Assembly: GCA_049720225.1 (NCBI GenBank) | Contig: JBNASD010000001.1 | Location: 396,815 to 460,814 of the forward strand | From: Microgenomates group bacterium | GTDB lineage: Bacteria; Patescibacteriota; Microgenomatia; PFEM01; JBNASD01 | Reading direction: 5' to 3' | Length of the DNA stretch: 64,000 bases | Part shown: piece after piece, positions 8,103 through 17,772 of the stretch | Layout: every line of letters begins with the position of its first letter | How positions within the stretch are numbered: position 1 is the stretch's first letter | Translations under genes and position numbers: made by a program | The notes under the pieces: model-generated | Database searches by the model: none | What the model saw: the letters and a program-made list of their open reading frames with translations, nothing else | Told to the model about the DNA's origin: nothing

Positions 8103-8728
8103 TTAACCACCGCTACTCGAATAACAACGAAGGGAATACCTCCAAAATCTCAAAGAAGCATTGAAAGTTCCTAGGCTAACAAAAATGATCCCATAACTCC
8201 CCACCAAGATAAAATTCCCAATAAAGCTTTAGCGGGCACAGTAATCAAAATTATTACCGGAATAGTAAAAGTCAAGATTATTCTAATCCCTTTGTTATAA
8301 ATATCAGTAGGAAACCGCGCCATACTTGTTAAATCGCGATAAACCCAAACTAAATGGTCAATTTCTGTAGTTAGAACACAAACGGAACAAAAAAATAAAT
8401 GAAAAGCAAAAGCCAAAATTAAGGCATTAAAAAATAAAATCAAAAAAATAAAAAATTGCAAATATTAAAAAAGCCAAAATAAATAAAATATACCCATAAA
8501 GGAACCAAAATAATTCCATTAAAATATCAGTCCACCCAAAAATAGGTCTAAAAAAAGAAAGTAAGGGCTTTAATAAATCTAAATCGTAATTACCAGAAAC
8601 AACTAATGACCGCAATTGATAAACGCCACGAAATAAAAATTGCACAGTAATATCAACTAAGCAAAAAAGCAATTCCCACAACATAAGCTAACATTAGTAA
8701 TTTTTGCCAATTGCCAATATTTTTTCAT
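8103..8728 (-). pseudogene. Fragmented ABC-2-type (DUF990-like) permease
   Basis: Begins MKKYWQLAKIT at 8728 (ATGA overlap with the fem stop). Fragments FRGVY..GNYDLDLLKP, ARFPTDIY..FTIPV..PAKALLG and the C-terminus FWRYSLRCYSSSGG* lie in different frames. Confidence 0.8.
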
Positions 8729-9738
8729 ACGCCTCTTTTAAAATTTAACCATTTTTCTACTCCATAAGTAAACCAATAAAAAGGAGAGATAATTAAATCC
8801 TGAGTGGGTAAAAGAGTAAATTCTCTTCCTCCAAATCCGGTTTTAAATAAAGTTAATCCCTGCCAACTTTTTGGTGTTCTTTTTTCTTGATAAATCCCCC
8901 AAAAATTATAAGTTTGGCAACCTCTTTTTTTTGCTTCTTTAATCGCTTCCCATTGAAGAAGATAACTTGCTGGATATGAAGTATGAATTGAAGCTCCTTG
9001 ATGATAAAAAGCTCCCTTTTTGGTAAAAATTATCAAAGCACCAGCTAAATATTTTCCTTGCAAAGATACCAAAAACCATTGACAGCTATTGGTTTTTTTA
9101 AAAACTTCAAATTCCTTCTTTAAATATTCAAAGGAAAAAGGCACAAATTTTTCGCGTTTTGCAGTTTCTAAATATAATTTCCAAAAAATTTCTAAACCTA
9201 CCAAATCCTCTCTTTTTTCTACTTTTAATTCGCTTTTTAAAGCTTTTCTTATTAAATATCGTGTTGTTTTTCGCATTTCTTTTAATAATTCTTCTTCATT
9301 TTTATTTAGATTCAATACCCACATCTTTTCTGCATGCATATAAATAGGTGCTTGGCGAAAACCTAATTCCTGATAAAATTCTTTTACCTTTAAGTTGTCT
9401 TCCTGCCAAGGAGCAATTCTTATAAACCAAAAATTATTTTTTATCGCAATTTTTTTAATTTTTTTAAGAAGAAAAACCAATGGTTTTTTTAACGAAGAGA
9501 AATCATTTAAAAAAATTGGCCCATGGGGAATAAATAAAAATTTTCCTCTTTTTATTTTTTGTTTAATTATTAATACCAAAATTAAAGGAATATTTTTTTC
9601 AAATAACCCTAATCTTAAAATTGAATTTCCCATTCTTTTTTGAAATTCTCCCCATTCCCAAGAATGCAAAAAAGAAAAATTACCTTGGTTGAAAAATTTT
9701 TTCCAAATTAATGAAGAATTTATTTTTCTAATTTCCAT
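8725..9738 (-). CDS. FemABX-family tRNA-dependent peptidyltransferase (lipid II side-chain type)
   Basis: FLHSWEWGEFQ, MRKTTRYLIRKA, YLLQWEAIKEAKKRG..YNFWGI, GLTLFKTGFGG. Confidence 0.92.
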   Translation of the reverse strand: MEIRKINSSLIWKKFFNQGNFSFLHSWEWGEFQKRMGNSILRLGLFEKNIPLILVLIIKQKIKRGKFLFIPHGPIFLNDFSSLKKPLVFLLKKIKKIAIKNNFWFIRIAPWQEDNLKVKEFYQELGFRQAPIYMHAEKMWVLNLNKNEEELLKEMRKTTRYLIRKALKSELKVEKREDLVGLEIFWKLYLETAKREKFVPFSFEYLKKEFEVFKKTNSCQWFLVSLQGKYLAGALIIFTKKGAFYHQGASIHTSYPASYLLQWEAIKEAKKRGCQTYNFWGIYQEKRTPKSWQGLTLFKTGFGGREFTLLPTQDLIISPFYWFTYGVEKWLNFKRGV

Positions 9739-10924
9739 TTATTAATTTAACAATTTTTTCTGCTTCTTTTAAGGAAATATTAGTTGGCAAATTAATTATT
9801 TCTCGACAGATCTTCTCTGCTTGAGGACAACTTTTTGGTTCATATTTCATTTTTTTTAAATTCACCCCTTTTGGGGCTACAATTTGATTATACCAAGTAC
9901 CTAAAAAAATTCCTTTTTTAGCTAACTTTCTTTTAATTTCTTCCGGATTTTTTACTCGTAATGGGTAGCGAAGTAAACCATTTTCGCTCTGATAATTCAA
10001 ACCAAAACTTTGGTTGTAAAATTCAGTAATCACTTGTCTTTTTTTTTCTATTTCTTTTTTTCTTTTTAATTGAGAAAGCAAAAGTTTTCCTAAAACTAGA
10101 GGATAAATTTTATCAAAATCAAAATTATAAAATCCCCTTTTTTCTTTTTCTGTTACTTCAGGAATTAAAAAGCCAATTTTCTTTGCCCAGTAATGAATTA
10201 ATTTTCCTAAACTTATTTTATAAGTTTTTTTAATTAAAACAGCTAGGGGTTTATAAAAAAGAATCTTAAAAATAGTTATTTTTGAAGGAAAAGAAAGACT
10301 CTTTTCTTCTTCTTTCAATCTTTTGCCAATTTTTTTATCACTCGTAACAATAGCTCCGCCAAAAACGGAAGAAAAAACTTTAGACCGACCAAAAGAAAAT
10401 AAAAAATTACCATTTTTGGTAGAAGAAAAAATTTTTTGATTAAATCCATGGGCAAGATCCTCGGCTAACAAAAGACCATTTTTTTCGGCAAAAGAAAGAA
10501 TTTTTTCTCGATAAAGGGGAGTCAAACCAAAAGTATGTTGAAGAAGAATAACTTTTGTTTTGGGAGTAATTTTTTTTAATAAATCAAAAAAATCCATTGA
10601 GTAAGTTTTATTTTCAATATCAACATAAATTGGTTTCAAATTATTCGTCAATATTGGCAAAACTACTGCTTCACAGGTAAATCCTTGAATTGCTACTTCA
10701 CTTTTCGGCGGGAAGTTTAAACTTTTAAGAAAATGAAACCAGGCACTTCGGCCAGTAAAGAAAGGGAAAAAATCAGAATTAATTTTTAAACCAAGTCTAT
10801 TTAAAATTTCTTTTTTAGTTTTTAAATCAAGAGGTTTTTGCCAATTCCAAGGCTGAAAAATTAAAGAAAAAGAAATCAACGCGTCTTTAAAATTTTCATT
10901 AGGAGCAAAATTAAGATTAATCAT
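9728..10924 (-). CDS. DegT/DnrJ/EryC1/StrS PLP-dependent aminotransferase
   Basis: TGRSA, GFTCEAV, QHTFG, EDLAH, FSFGRSK (PLP lysine), INLPT. Confidence 0.9.
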   Translation of the reverse strand: MINLNFAPNENFKDALISFSLIFQPWNWQKPLDLKTKKEILNRLGLKINSDFFPFFTGRSAWFHFLKSLNFPPKSEVAIQGFTCEAVVLPILTNNLKPIYVDIENKTYSMDFFDLLKKITPKTKVILLQHTFGLTPLYREKILSFAEKNGLLLAEDLAHGFNQKIFSSTKNGNFLFSFGRSKVFSSVFGGAIVTSDKKIGKRLKEEEKSLSFPSKITIFKILFYKPLAVLIKKTYKISLGKLIHYWAKKIGFLIPEVTEKEKRGFYNFDFDKIYPLVLGKLLLSQLKRKKEIEKKRQVITEFYNQSFGLNYQSENGLLRYPLRVKNPEEIKRKLAKKGIFLGTWYNQIVAPKGVNLKKMKYEPKSCPQAEKICREIINLPTNISLKEAEKIVKLINGN

Positions 10925-11804
10925 AGATTGAAATTGGAAATTGAAAAATGTCTATTTTATAAATTTTTTTATTAATTTTAATTTTAAAATCCTGCCCAAA
11001 AGAAACAACCAACCGATCAGCAGGAATTATTCCAAATCCTCCTTTTCTTGTGGTTAATCCCTTTTTTCTTCGCCATTCAATTGCTGGATCTAAAGGAAAC
11101 CATTGTCCATCAGGAAGCAAAACTTCTACCCAAACATGCATAAAAAAAGAATCCCAATTTAAAGGAAAAACTCGGAAAAAAATTTTTTTATTTAGAATAA
11201 AACCCACTACTAATCGTCCAGGAATCTTTAATCCTTTAAGAAGAGAAAGTAAAACCGTAGAAAAACCTCCACAATCAGTAATTTTTTCTTTTAAAGCTTG
11301 AGAAAAAGAATAAAGACCTTTAATTGGATTTCCGTAAACTAAATTTTCTAAAACATAATTGTAAGCTATTTCGATAAGATTACTTACATCTTTCTCTTTT
11401 TGCCAATTCTTAATTATTTTTTTAATTTCTCTTGATTCTCCATTCACGAACCGATCTGGTTTAAATAAAAAGGAATATTTTTTTAAAAGATCAAAAGGAT
11501 AATCATTTAAAGAAAATTTTGGTATTTTTAAACTCACTGAATAAGGAAAATAGTCGAAGGAAATGATTTTATTTTTATTATCTTTTTTAGATATAAGAAT
11601 TAAATTACCAAATTTATCAGAAAAAATAATCGATGAAGAAGGAAAAAAAAGATTTTCAATTTTTTGATAATGATTAGTTTGGGGAAGGGCAAGAATAACT
11701 TTTTCTTCTTTAAATTGCCACTTCACCTTCAACCAATTTTTATGCGTAATTTTTTTTGACAAAAAGCTCCCGAATAATATCTTCAATTGCTGGCTCTTCA
11801 ACAT
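10917..11804 (-). CDS. Transglutaminase-like (Cys-His-Asp) domain protein; start uncertain
   Basis: TDCGGFS, IPGRLVVG, MHVWVEV, WFPLDP form the transglutaminase core triad. Confidence 0.85.
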   Translation of the reverse strand: MLKSQQLKILFGSFLSKKITHKNWLKVKWQFKEEKVILALPQTNHYQKIENLFFPSSSIIFSDKFGNLILISKKDNKNKIISFDYFPYSVSLKIPKFSLNDYPFDLLKKYSFLFKPDRFVNGESREIKKIIKNWQKEKDVSNLIEIAYNYVLENLVYGNPIKGLYSFSQALKEKITDCGGFSTVLLSLLKGLKIPGRLVVGFILNKKIFFRVFPLNWDSFFMHVWVEVLLPDGQWFPLDPAIEWRRKKGLTTRKGGFGIIPADRLVVSFGQDFKIKINKKIYKIDIFQFPISIYD

Positions 11805-12240
11805 TTTCCAGAAAGGTTACTAATTCATCTAAAGTTTGTTTATATTTTTCTTCAGGGATCTCATAAATTTCTTTATTAAGCCCAAAATTTTCTAAAGGAG
11901 GTAAATCCTCCCAAAGTTGATTTTTTTGTCTCATTACTAAAGAAATTTGTTTTAAAAATTCTAGTTTTTGTTGGTGAGGTAAAAAACCTAAAACAGAAAT
12001 AAAACCGGAAGTAGGATATAAAAGACCAGAAAGACATTTTAAAGTAGTAGTTTTCCCTACACCGTTTGGGCCAATAAAACCAACTAACTCCCCTTCCTCT
12101 ATTTTAAAAGAAATATCGTCTACTGCTTTAATTTCTTCGGAACGACGATTAAAAATTGCCTTTATTGATCCCAACAAACCGACATCTTTCTTATAAACCC
12201 GATAATACTTTTTCAGATTTTTAACCTCGATTATCGGCAC
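11740..12240 (-). pseudogene. Internally deleted ABC transporter ATP-binding protein
   Basis: Walker A GPNGVGKTT is present, but the signature, Walker B and H-loop are missing. The N-half is fused in frame to a C-terminal EEPAIEDIIRELF; only 166 aa. Confidence 0.8.
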
Positions 12241-12246
12241 TTAATT

Positions 12247-12519
12247 TCATTTCACTGCTTTTTTAAGAGGTTTACCGGGAGAAAATCGCGCTGCCCGATG
12301 ACTCTTGACAATCTTCTTCTCTTTGGTGCCGGGAACCAAAACGGGTTTATCTTTTACCTTCACCACTTTAAAAGTTCCAAATCCCGACAAAACGACCTTT
12401 TCTCCCTTTTTTAAAGCTCGAGTAATCTCACCCAAAAAGGTTTCAATTGCCTCTTTGGCAGCTTTTCGGGTAAGATGAGCTTTTTGGGCAACGAGAGAAA
12501 TTATTTCTCTTTTAGTCAT
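12247..12519 (-). CDS. hup: DNA-binding protein HU
   Basis: MTKREII, LSGFGTF, FSPGKPLKKAV; SD AGGAGG; TTGACA-17-TATTTT upstream. Confidence 0.93.
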   Translation of the reverse strand: MTKREIISLVAQKAHLTRKAAKEAIETFLGEITRALKKGEKVVLSGFGTFKVVKVKDKPVLVPGTKEKKIVKSHRAARFSPGKPLKKAVK

Positions 12520-12669
12520 TTTTCCCCCTCCTTTCTGGGCAGAATTAATTTAACTTTAAAATAGCAGGAAAAATTGTTTTTGTCAATAATTTGACAAAAA
12601 TTTAAAACTTATAAATAATTTAAGTAATAAAAAATAATAAATTCGAGATAAATTCGAAAAACTTTTTTA

Positions 12670-14322
12670 ATGAAGAAAAAACTCAATAATGTATTGAGAA
12701 TTTTAGGTGTTGGTAACTTAACTAATCAAGTTTTTATTTTTAAATTCTATCCTTCTAAAAAGAAAAATTTTTTCCAAATCACAAGCAGTAAAGATGGTTT
12801 TGATTTTAAACTCTTCAAAAAATGGGGAGAAATTATCAAACAAAATGGTCAACAGGAAAAAATCGTCAATTGCCAAGACTTTTATCTTAGTAAGATTAAA
12901 AATTCTTTTTTTCTTACTTACAAACTTAAAGAAAATAAAACCAATCAACTTTGTGGAGCAATTTGGAGTGGTTTCTCTCATTGGCAAAAAACAGGAAAAA
13001 TAGACAAAATTAAAGAAAGTGGGGTAGTTGTTCCCTCTTACACTTATCAAAAACATTACCTTCTTTATTTTGGTGAAAAAGCAATTAATCTTGCGGTCTC
13101 TTCAGATTTAATCAAATGGCAAATCTTACCAAAACCCATTTTTTCCTTAACCAAAAAACTTCTTAATAAAGGTTTCCGTTTAAAAATAGGAGGAGTGGTC
13201 CCAGAAAAAAAGAAACTTCTTTTGTTATATTTTCTTTTTCAGAATGGAAAAAATCCCAAAAATTACGCTATCGAGGGAATCATTATCAACAAGAATAATC
13301 CCTTTAAATTATTTAAAAAACTAACTTCTCCACTTTGGAAACAGAAAAATGAATGGAAAAAAGAAACCGTTTTTCCTGTGGGAATTTTGAAAGTTAAAAA
13401 CTATTTTGTCGCCTATTGGCAAAATTCAAAAGGTATTTTATATGCTTATCCTTTTTATTTTTCTTTTCCGGAAAAATCCTATTTTCAAAAAAGAGCCTTT
13501 TCTTTTTTGGAAAAATTTTCTCAAAACCCCATTTTAAAACCAAAAAGAGAACATCAATGGGAATCTAAAGCGGTATTCAATACCGCCGCCGTCAAAATAA
13601 AAAACAAAATCCATTTCATTTATCGGGCAGTAGGAGAAAATGACATTTCTGTTTGGGGATATGCCGCGAGTAAAAATGGGTTTGAAATTAATGAAAAATC
13701 GGAAAAGCCAATTTTTACCTCCTGTTTATTAAAAAGAAAAAGTTATTTTCCTTTTCAACTTGGTTTACCTTTTTATCTTTCAGGAGTAGGTTTCGGCGAA
13801 GGTAAATATGCCATTTTTCATAGTCTTTCCCCAGAAATTTTAATAGATTATTTTGACGATTTAAATTTTGACGGAAAAACTTTTATCAGAAGCTATTATG
13901 ACGGAAAACCTAAAAAGGCAATTTGGGAAGAAAGAATAAGAGGAGTAGGTCCTCCTCCTTTGAAAACCCCTGAGGGTTGGTTAGTTTTTTATCATGCAAT
14001 GGATAAACAAAACTCTAATCTTTATAAAATAGGAGCAATGATTTTAGATCTAAACCAACCGACAAAAATTTTATATCGCGCTCCTTTACCAGTTTTAGAA
14101 CCAAGCGAAATTTATGAAAATGAAGGATTAAAACCAGGAATTGTTTATAGTTGTGGAGCGGTCATTTTTCGAAAAAAAATTTTCCTTTATTATGGAGGGG
14201 CAGATACAGTTATTTGCGTTGCTTCCGCCCCTTTAAATATTTTTTTAAACCAATTAAAATCTAATGAAACACCGAATTTAAATCTTAATTTTAGAACTAT
14301 TAATTTAAATGATAGAAATTAA
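12670..14322 (+). CDS. GH130-like two-propeller protein, apparently degenerate
   Basis: C-half has NPILKP..WESKAVFN, YRAVG, GPPPLKTPEGWLVFYH, VYSCGAV, YYGGADT but lacks EDPR; N-half is divergent. Confidence 0.7.
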   Translation: MKKKLNNVLRILGVGNLTNQVFIFKFYPSKKKNFFQITSSKDGFDFKLFKKWGEIIKQNGQQEKIVNCQDFYLSKIKNSFFLTYKLKENKTNQLCGAIWSGFSHWQKTGKIDKIKESGVVVPSYTYQKHYLLYFGEKAINLAVSSDLIKWQILPKPIFSLTKKLLNKGFRLKIGGVVPEKKKLLLLYFLFQNGKNPKNYAIEGIIINKNNPFKLFKKLTSPLWKQKNEWKKETVFPVGILKVKNYFVAYWQNSKGILYAYPFYFSFPEKSYFQKRAFSFLEKFSQNPILKPKREHQWESKAVFNTAAVKIKNKIHFIYRAVGENDISVWGYAASKNGFEINEKSEKPIFTSCLLKRKSYFPFQLGLPFYLSGVGFGEGKYAIFHSLSPEILIDYFDDLNFDGKTFIRSYYDGKPKKAIWEERIRGVGPPPLKTPEGWLVFYHAMDKQNSNLYKIGAMILDLNQPTKILYRAPLPVLEPSEIYENEGLKPGIVYSCGAVIFRKKIFLYYGGADTVICVASAPLNIFLNQLKSNETPNLNLNFRTINLNDRN

Positions 14323-16219
14323 ACGACACCCTAAAAATCCAATTTTAACCCCTGACGAAACTCAATTTTGGGAGGCCGAAGCTACTTTCAATGGAAGTAT
14401 TGCTCCCGATGACAACTTTTATCATTTTGTTTATCGAGCAGTTTCTTTTCCTCATTTTTATTTTGATAAAGAAATCTCTTTATCAACAATTGGCTACGCA
14501 AAAACTAAAGACGGAGTTAAATTTTTTGATCGTCAGCCACTTATTATGCCTGAATATCCCTGGGAACAATTTGGATGTGAAGACCCCCGAATTACTAAAT
14601 TTGAAGGAAAATATTGGATTTTTTATACTGCTTTGAGTAATTTTCCTCCTTCTCCTCAGGACATAAAAATAGGAGTAGCAATTACTTCTGATTTTAAAAA
14701 ATTAAAAAAACATCAAGTTACTGATTTTAATTCTAAAGCAATGGCATTATTTCCCGAAAGAATTAATGGAAAAATTGTGGGAATTTTAACAGTTAACACT
14801 GATTTACCCCCAGCAAAGATTGCTTTAGTTTTTTTTGATAACGAAGAGCAAATTTGGTCAAAAGAATTTTGGCATAATTGGCTTTCTTCATTAAGTAATT
14901 TTATTCTTCCTCTCAAAAGAAATCCCTCTGATCAAGTAGAAGTAGGGGCTCCTCCTTTAAAAACACCTAAAGGGTGGTTGTTAATCTATTCCCACATTAA
15001 AAATTATCTTTCTCCTCCGCCTGTTTTTGGAATCGAAGCGGTACTATTAGATTTGGAAAATCCTCTTAAAATCTTAGGGAGGACTCTTCAACCACTTTTG
15101 ATTCCACTTCAAGAATATGAACTTTATGGTCGTGTTCCTAATGTCATTTTTCCCTCAGGAGCAGTAATTAAAAAGGAAAAAGTTTATCTTTATTATGGTG
15201 CCGCTGACACTTCTTGTTGTTTAGCAGAAATTCCTCTCAAAAGATTACTTACTCTCCTTACTACTAAAAAACATCCCCCTTCTCCTCCTTTTCGTTTAGA
15301 AAAATATTTGGGAAATCCTATTCTTACTCCTAAAAAAGAAAATAAATGGGAATCAAAACAAACTTTTAATCCAGGGGTAATTTTTGAAGGCGGAAGAATT
15401 CACCTTCTTTATCGAGCGGTTGGCGAAGACAATACTTCAGTATTAGGATATGCCTCTAGTAAAGATGGCTTTTATTTTGATGAAAGATTAACCAAACCAG
15501 TTTATCTACCTCGAGAAGAGTTTGAGAAAAAAACAAGCCCAGAAGTAGCTTCAGGATGTGAAGATCCGCGGTTAACTAAGATTGGTGACCGAATTTATAT
15601 GCTTTATACCGCTTTTGATGGGAAAAATCCCTGGAAGGTAGCAATGACTTCTATTAAGGTAAAAGATTTTTTGGCGAAAAATTGGCAATGGGAAAAACCA
15701 ATTATTATTTCTCATCCAGAAAGAAGCGATAAAAACGCTTGTTTGTTAGAAGAAAAAATTAATAATCAATATGTTTTTTTTCACCGGATTGGTCATTGTA
15801 TTTGGATTGATTTTGTAGATGATTTAGAATTCAAAAATGGTCGATTTCTTGGAGGAAAAATAATTTTATGGCCTAGAAAAGGAAAGTGGGATAGTCATAA
15901 GGTAGAAATCGCCGGTCCCCCTTTAAAAACAAAAAAAGGTTGGCTGTTAATATATCATGGTCTTTCTTTAGAGGATAAAAAATATCGATTAGGAGCGGTT
16001 CTTTTAGAGCTTAAAAATCCGGAAAAAGTTATTAGTCAATTAGACGAACCTATTTTAGAACCAGAAGAAGAATATGAAAAAAATGGAGTAAGACCAGGAA
16101 CTGTTTTTTCCTGCGGGGCGGTAATTTTAGGAGAAAAAATTTTGGTATATTATGGGGCCGGTGACCAAACAATTGCGGTAGCTTCAGTAAATTTAAATTC
16201 CCTTCTTAACCGCTTTTAA
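14309..16219 (+). CDS. Tandem double-domain GH130-like glycoside phosphorylase/hydrolase
   Basis: Two complete repeats, each with NPILTP, FN, YRAV, GCEDPR, YTA, PPLKT.KGWLLIY, YYGA.D. Confidence 0.9.
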   Translation: MIEIKRHPKNPILTPDETQFWEAEATFNGSIAPDDNFYHFVYRAVSFPHFYFDKEISLSTIGYAKTKDGVKFFDRQPLIMPEYPWEQFGCEDPRITKFEGKYWIFYTALSNFPPSPQDIKIGVAITSDFKKLKKHQVTDFNSKAMALFPERINGKIVGILTVNTDLPPAKIALVFFDNEEQIWSKEFWHNWLSSLSNFILPLKRNPSDQVEVGAPPLKTPKGWLLIYSHIKNYLSPPPVFGIEAVLLDLENPLKILGRTLQPLLIPLQEYELYGRVPNVIFPSGAVIKKEKVYLYYGAADTSCCLAEIPLKRLLTLLTTKKHPPSPPFRLEKYLGNPILTPKKENKWESKQTFNPGVIFEGGRIHLLYRAVGEDNTSVLGYASSKDGFYFDERLTKPVYLPREEFEKKTSPEVASGCEDPRLTKIGDRIYMLYTAFDGKNPWKVAMTSIKVKDFLAKNWQWEKPIIISHPERSDKNACLLEEKINNQYVFFHRIGHCIWIDFVDDLEFKNGRFLGGKIILWPRKGKWDSHKVEIAGPPLKTKKGWLLIYHGLSLEDKKYRLGAVLLELKNPEKVISQLDEPILEPEEEYEKNGVRPGTVFSCGAVILGEKILVYYGAGDQTIAVASVNLNSLLNRF

Positions 16220-16229
16220 TAATTTTTTT

Positions 16230-17630
16230 TTATTTTGCTTTTGTTAATTCTGTGGCTCGGGTTTCTCTTATACAGGTGACTTTAATTTGTCCGGCATAAG
16301 AAACTTTTTCTTCTAAAGCATCACTAATTTTTTTGGCTAAAACGACTAGTTCTTCATCAGAAATTTCTTCTGGTTTAACTAAAACGCGAACATCTCTACC
16401 TGCTTGATAAGCAAAAGCTTCTTTTACTCCCGGAAAACTATTGGCAATTTCTTCTATTTGGGCAATTCGCTGAACATATTCTTCATGAGCTTCATAACGA
16501 GCGCCAGGTCGAGCTCCGGAAGCAGCGTCGGCAATCCAAACAATTCGTGATTCAGGCGAAGAAAATGGCTTATCCTCATGATGTTCGGCAATACACGCTA
16601 CCACTTCTTCAGGAAGACGATATTTTCTTGCCAAATCAACACCAATTTGCACATGAGTTCCTTCTTGGTCGGTAACTACCTTTCCAATATCATGCAATAA
16701 ACAACCTAATCTGACAATATTTACTTTGGCCCCTACTTCATGAGCAATTTGTACCCCAATTTTTGTTTCTTCCAAAGTGTGAACAATCATATTTTGACCA
16801 TAAGAAAATCTAAATTTAAATCTTCCTAAAAGTTTAATCAAATCAGGATGAAGACGATAAACGCCTACTGCTTGGCAAAGTTTTTGCCCTTCTTCAAACA
16901 TAATTTTTTCTACTTCCTGTCGAGTTCGAGCGACTACTTCTTCAATTCTTGCCGGCGTAATTCGACGGTCGCGAATTAATTTTTCCAAAGCCCGTCGGGC
17001 AATTTCTCGCCGAACAGAATCAAAACAAGACAAAGTCAAGTCATTACTTTCGTCTAATTCTATTTCTACTCCGGTAACCCTCTCAAAAGTCCGAATATTT
17101 CTTCCTTCTCTCCCAATAATTCTTCCTTTAATTTCTTCTGAAGGAAGATGGACTACAGAAACAGTATATTCGGCTACATAATCAGCCACTCCATGTTGCA
17201 TTGCCTCAATTAAAATTTCTTTTGCTTTTTCTTCTGCTTGACTTTTAATCTCTTCTTCCGCTTCTTGAATTCGTCGGGCAATATCTTCGGCTAACTTTTT
17301 CTCTATTCCTTCTAAAATCAAATTTTTTGCTTCCTGGGTACTTAGACCGGCTATTTTTTCTAAACGTGTTAATTGCTTTTTTTTGATTTCTTCAATTTCT
17401 AATAATTTTTCTTCAATCTGTTTTTCTTTTTGAGCTAAAAATTTTTCTCTTTCTTCTAAAGCTCCCTCTCGCCTTTCCAATTCGGCAATTCGAGTAGCTA
17501 ACTCTTGAGCCAATCGCACCTCTTCCTCACCTGAAGGAGGAGTTATTTTCTTTCTTCTTTTTCCCTTAGCTTCTTTTTCCTTTAATTCTTCTTTAGCTAA
17601 AGTTTTAAGAAAAACATCTAAAAATCCCAT
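16230..17630 (-). CDS. rny: Ribonuclease Y
   Basis: Coiled coil; KH domain KGRIIGREGRNIR; HD domain LLHDIGK..HHE..ADAASGARPGAR; SD AGGAGG. Confidence 0.96.
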   Translation of the reverse strand: MGFLDVFLKTLAKEELKEKEAKGKRRKKITPPSGEEEVRLAQELATRIAELERREGALEEREKFLAQKEKQIEEKLLEIEEIKKKQLTRLEKIAGLSTQEAKNLILEGIEKKLAEDIARRIQEAEEEIKSQAEEKAKEILIEAMQHGVADYVAEYTVSVVHLPSEEIKGRIIGREGRNIRTFERVTGVEIELDESNDLTLSCFDSVRREIARRALEKLIRDRRITPARIEEVVARTRQEVEKIMFEEGQKLCQAVGVYRLHPDLIKLLGRFKFRFSYGQNMIVHTLEETKIGVQIAHEVGAKVNIVRLGCLLHDIGKVVTDQEGTHVQIGVDLARKYRLPEEVVACIAEHHEDKPFSSPESRIVWIADAASGARPGARYEAHEEYVQRIAQIEEIANSFPGVKEAFAYQAGRDVRVLVKPEEISDEELVVLAKKISDALEEKVSYAGQIKVTCIRETRATELTKAK

Positions 17631-17646
17631 AGAAACCTCCTTTTAG

Positions 17647-17763
17647 TTCTTGGCTTTTGGCAATTAAAAGAATTCCGCGAGGAAATAGCGGGTTAAATGA
17701 TATTTAAAGAAAAAAATTTAAAAATTATTCTCAAAATCATCTTTTAATGCCAAAGGCCAAGAA
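17647..17763 (-). ncRNA. Candidate structured RNA leader upstream of rny
   Basis: Arms of about 24 nt, TTCTTGGCCTTTGGCATTAAAAGA / TCTTTTAATTGCCAAAAGCCAAGAA, pair and enclose two inner hairpins. Confidence 0.55.
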
Positions 17764-17772
17764 AAAAAATTT

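Noticed and set aside
17647-17763. Firm call as 6S RNA
   Set aside because: About 117 nt and branched rather than the longer rod with a central bubble; cannot be assigned without a covariance model search.
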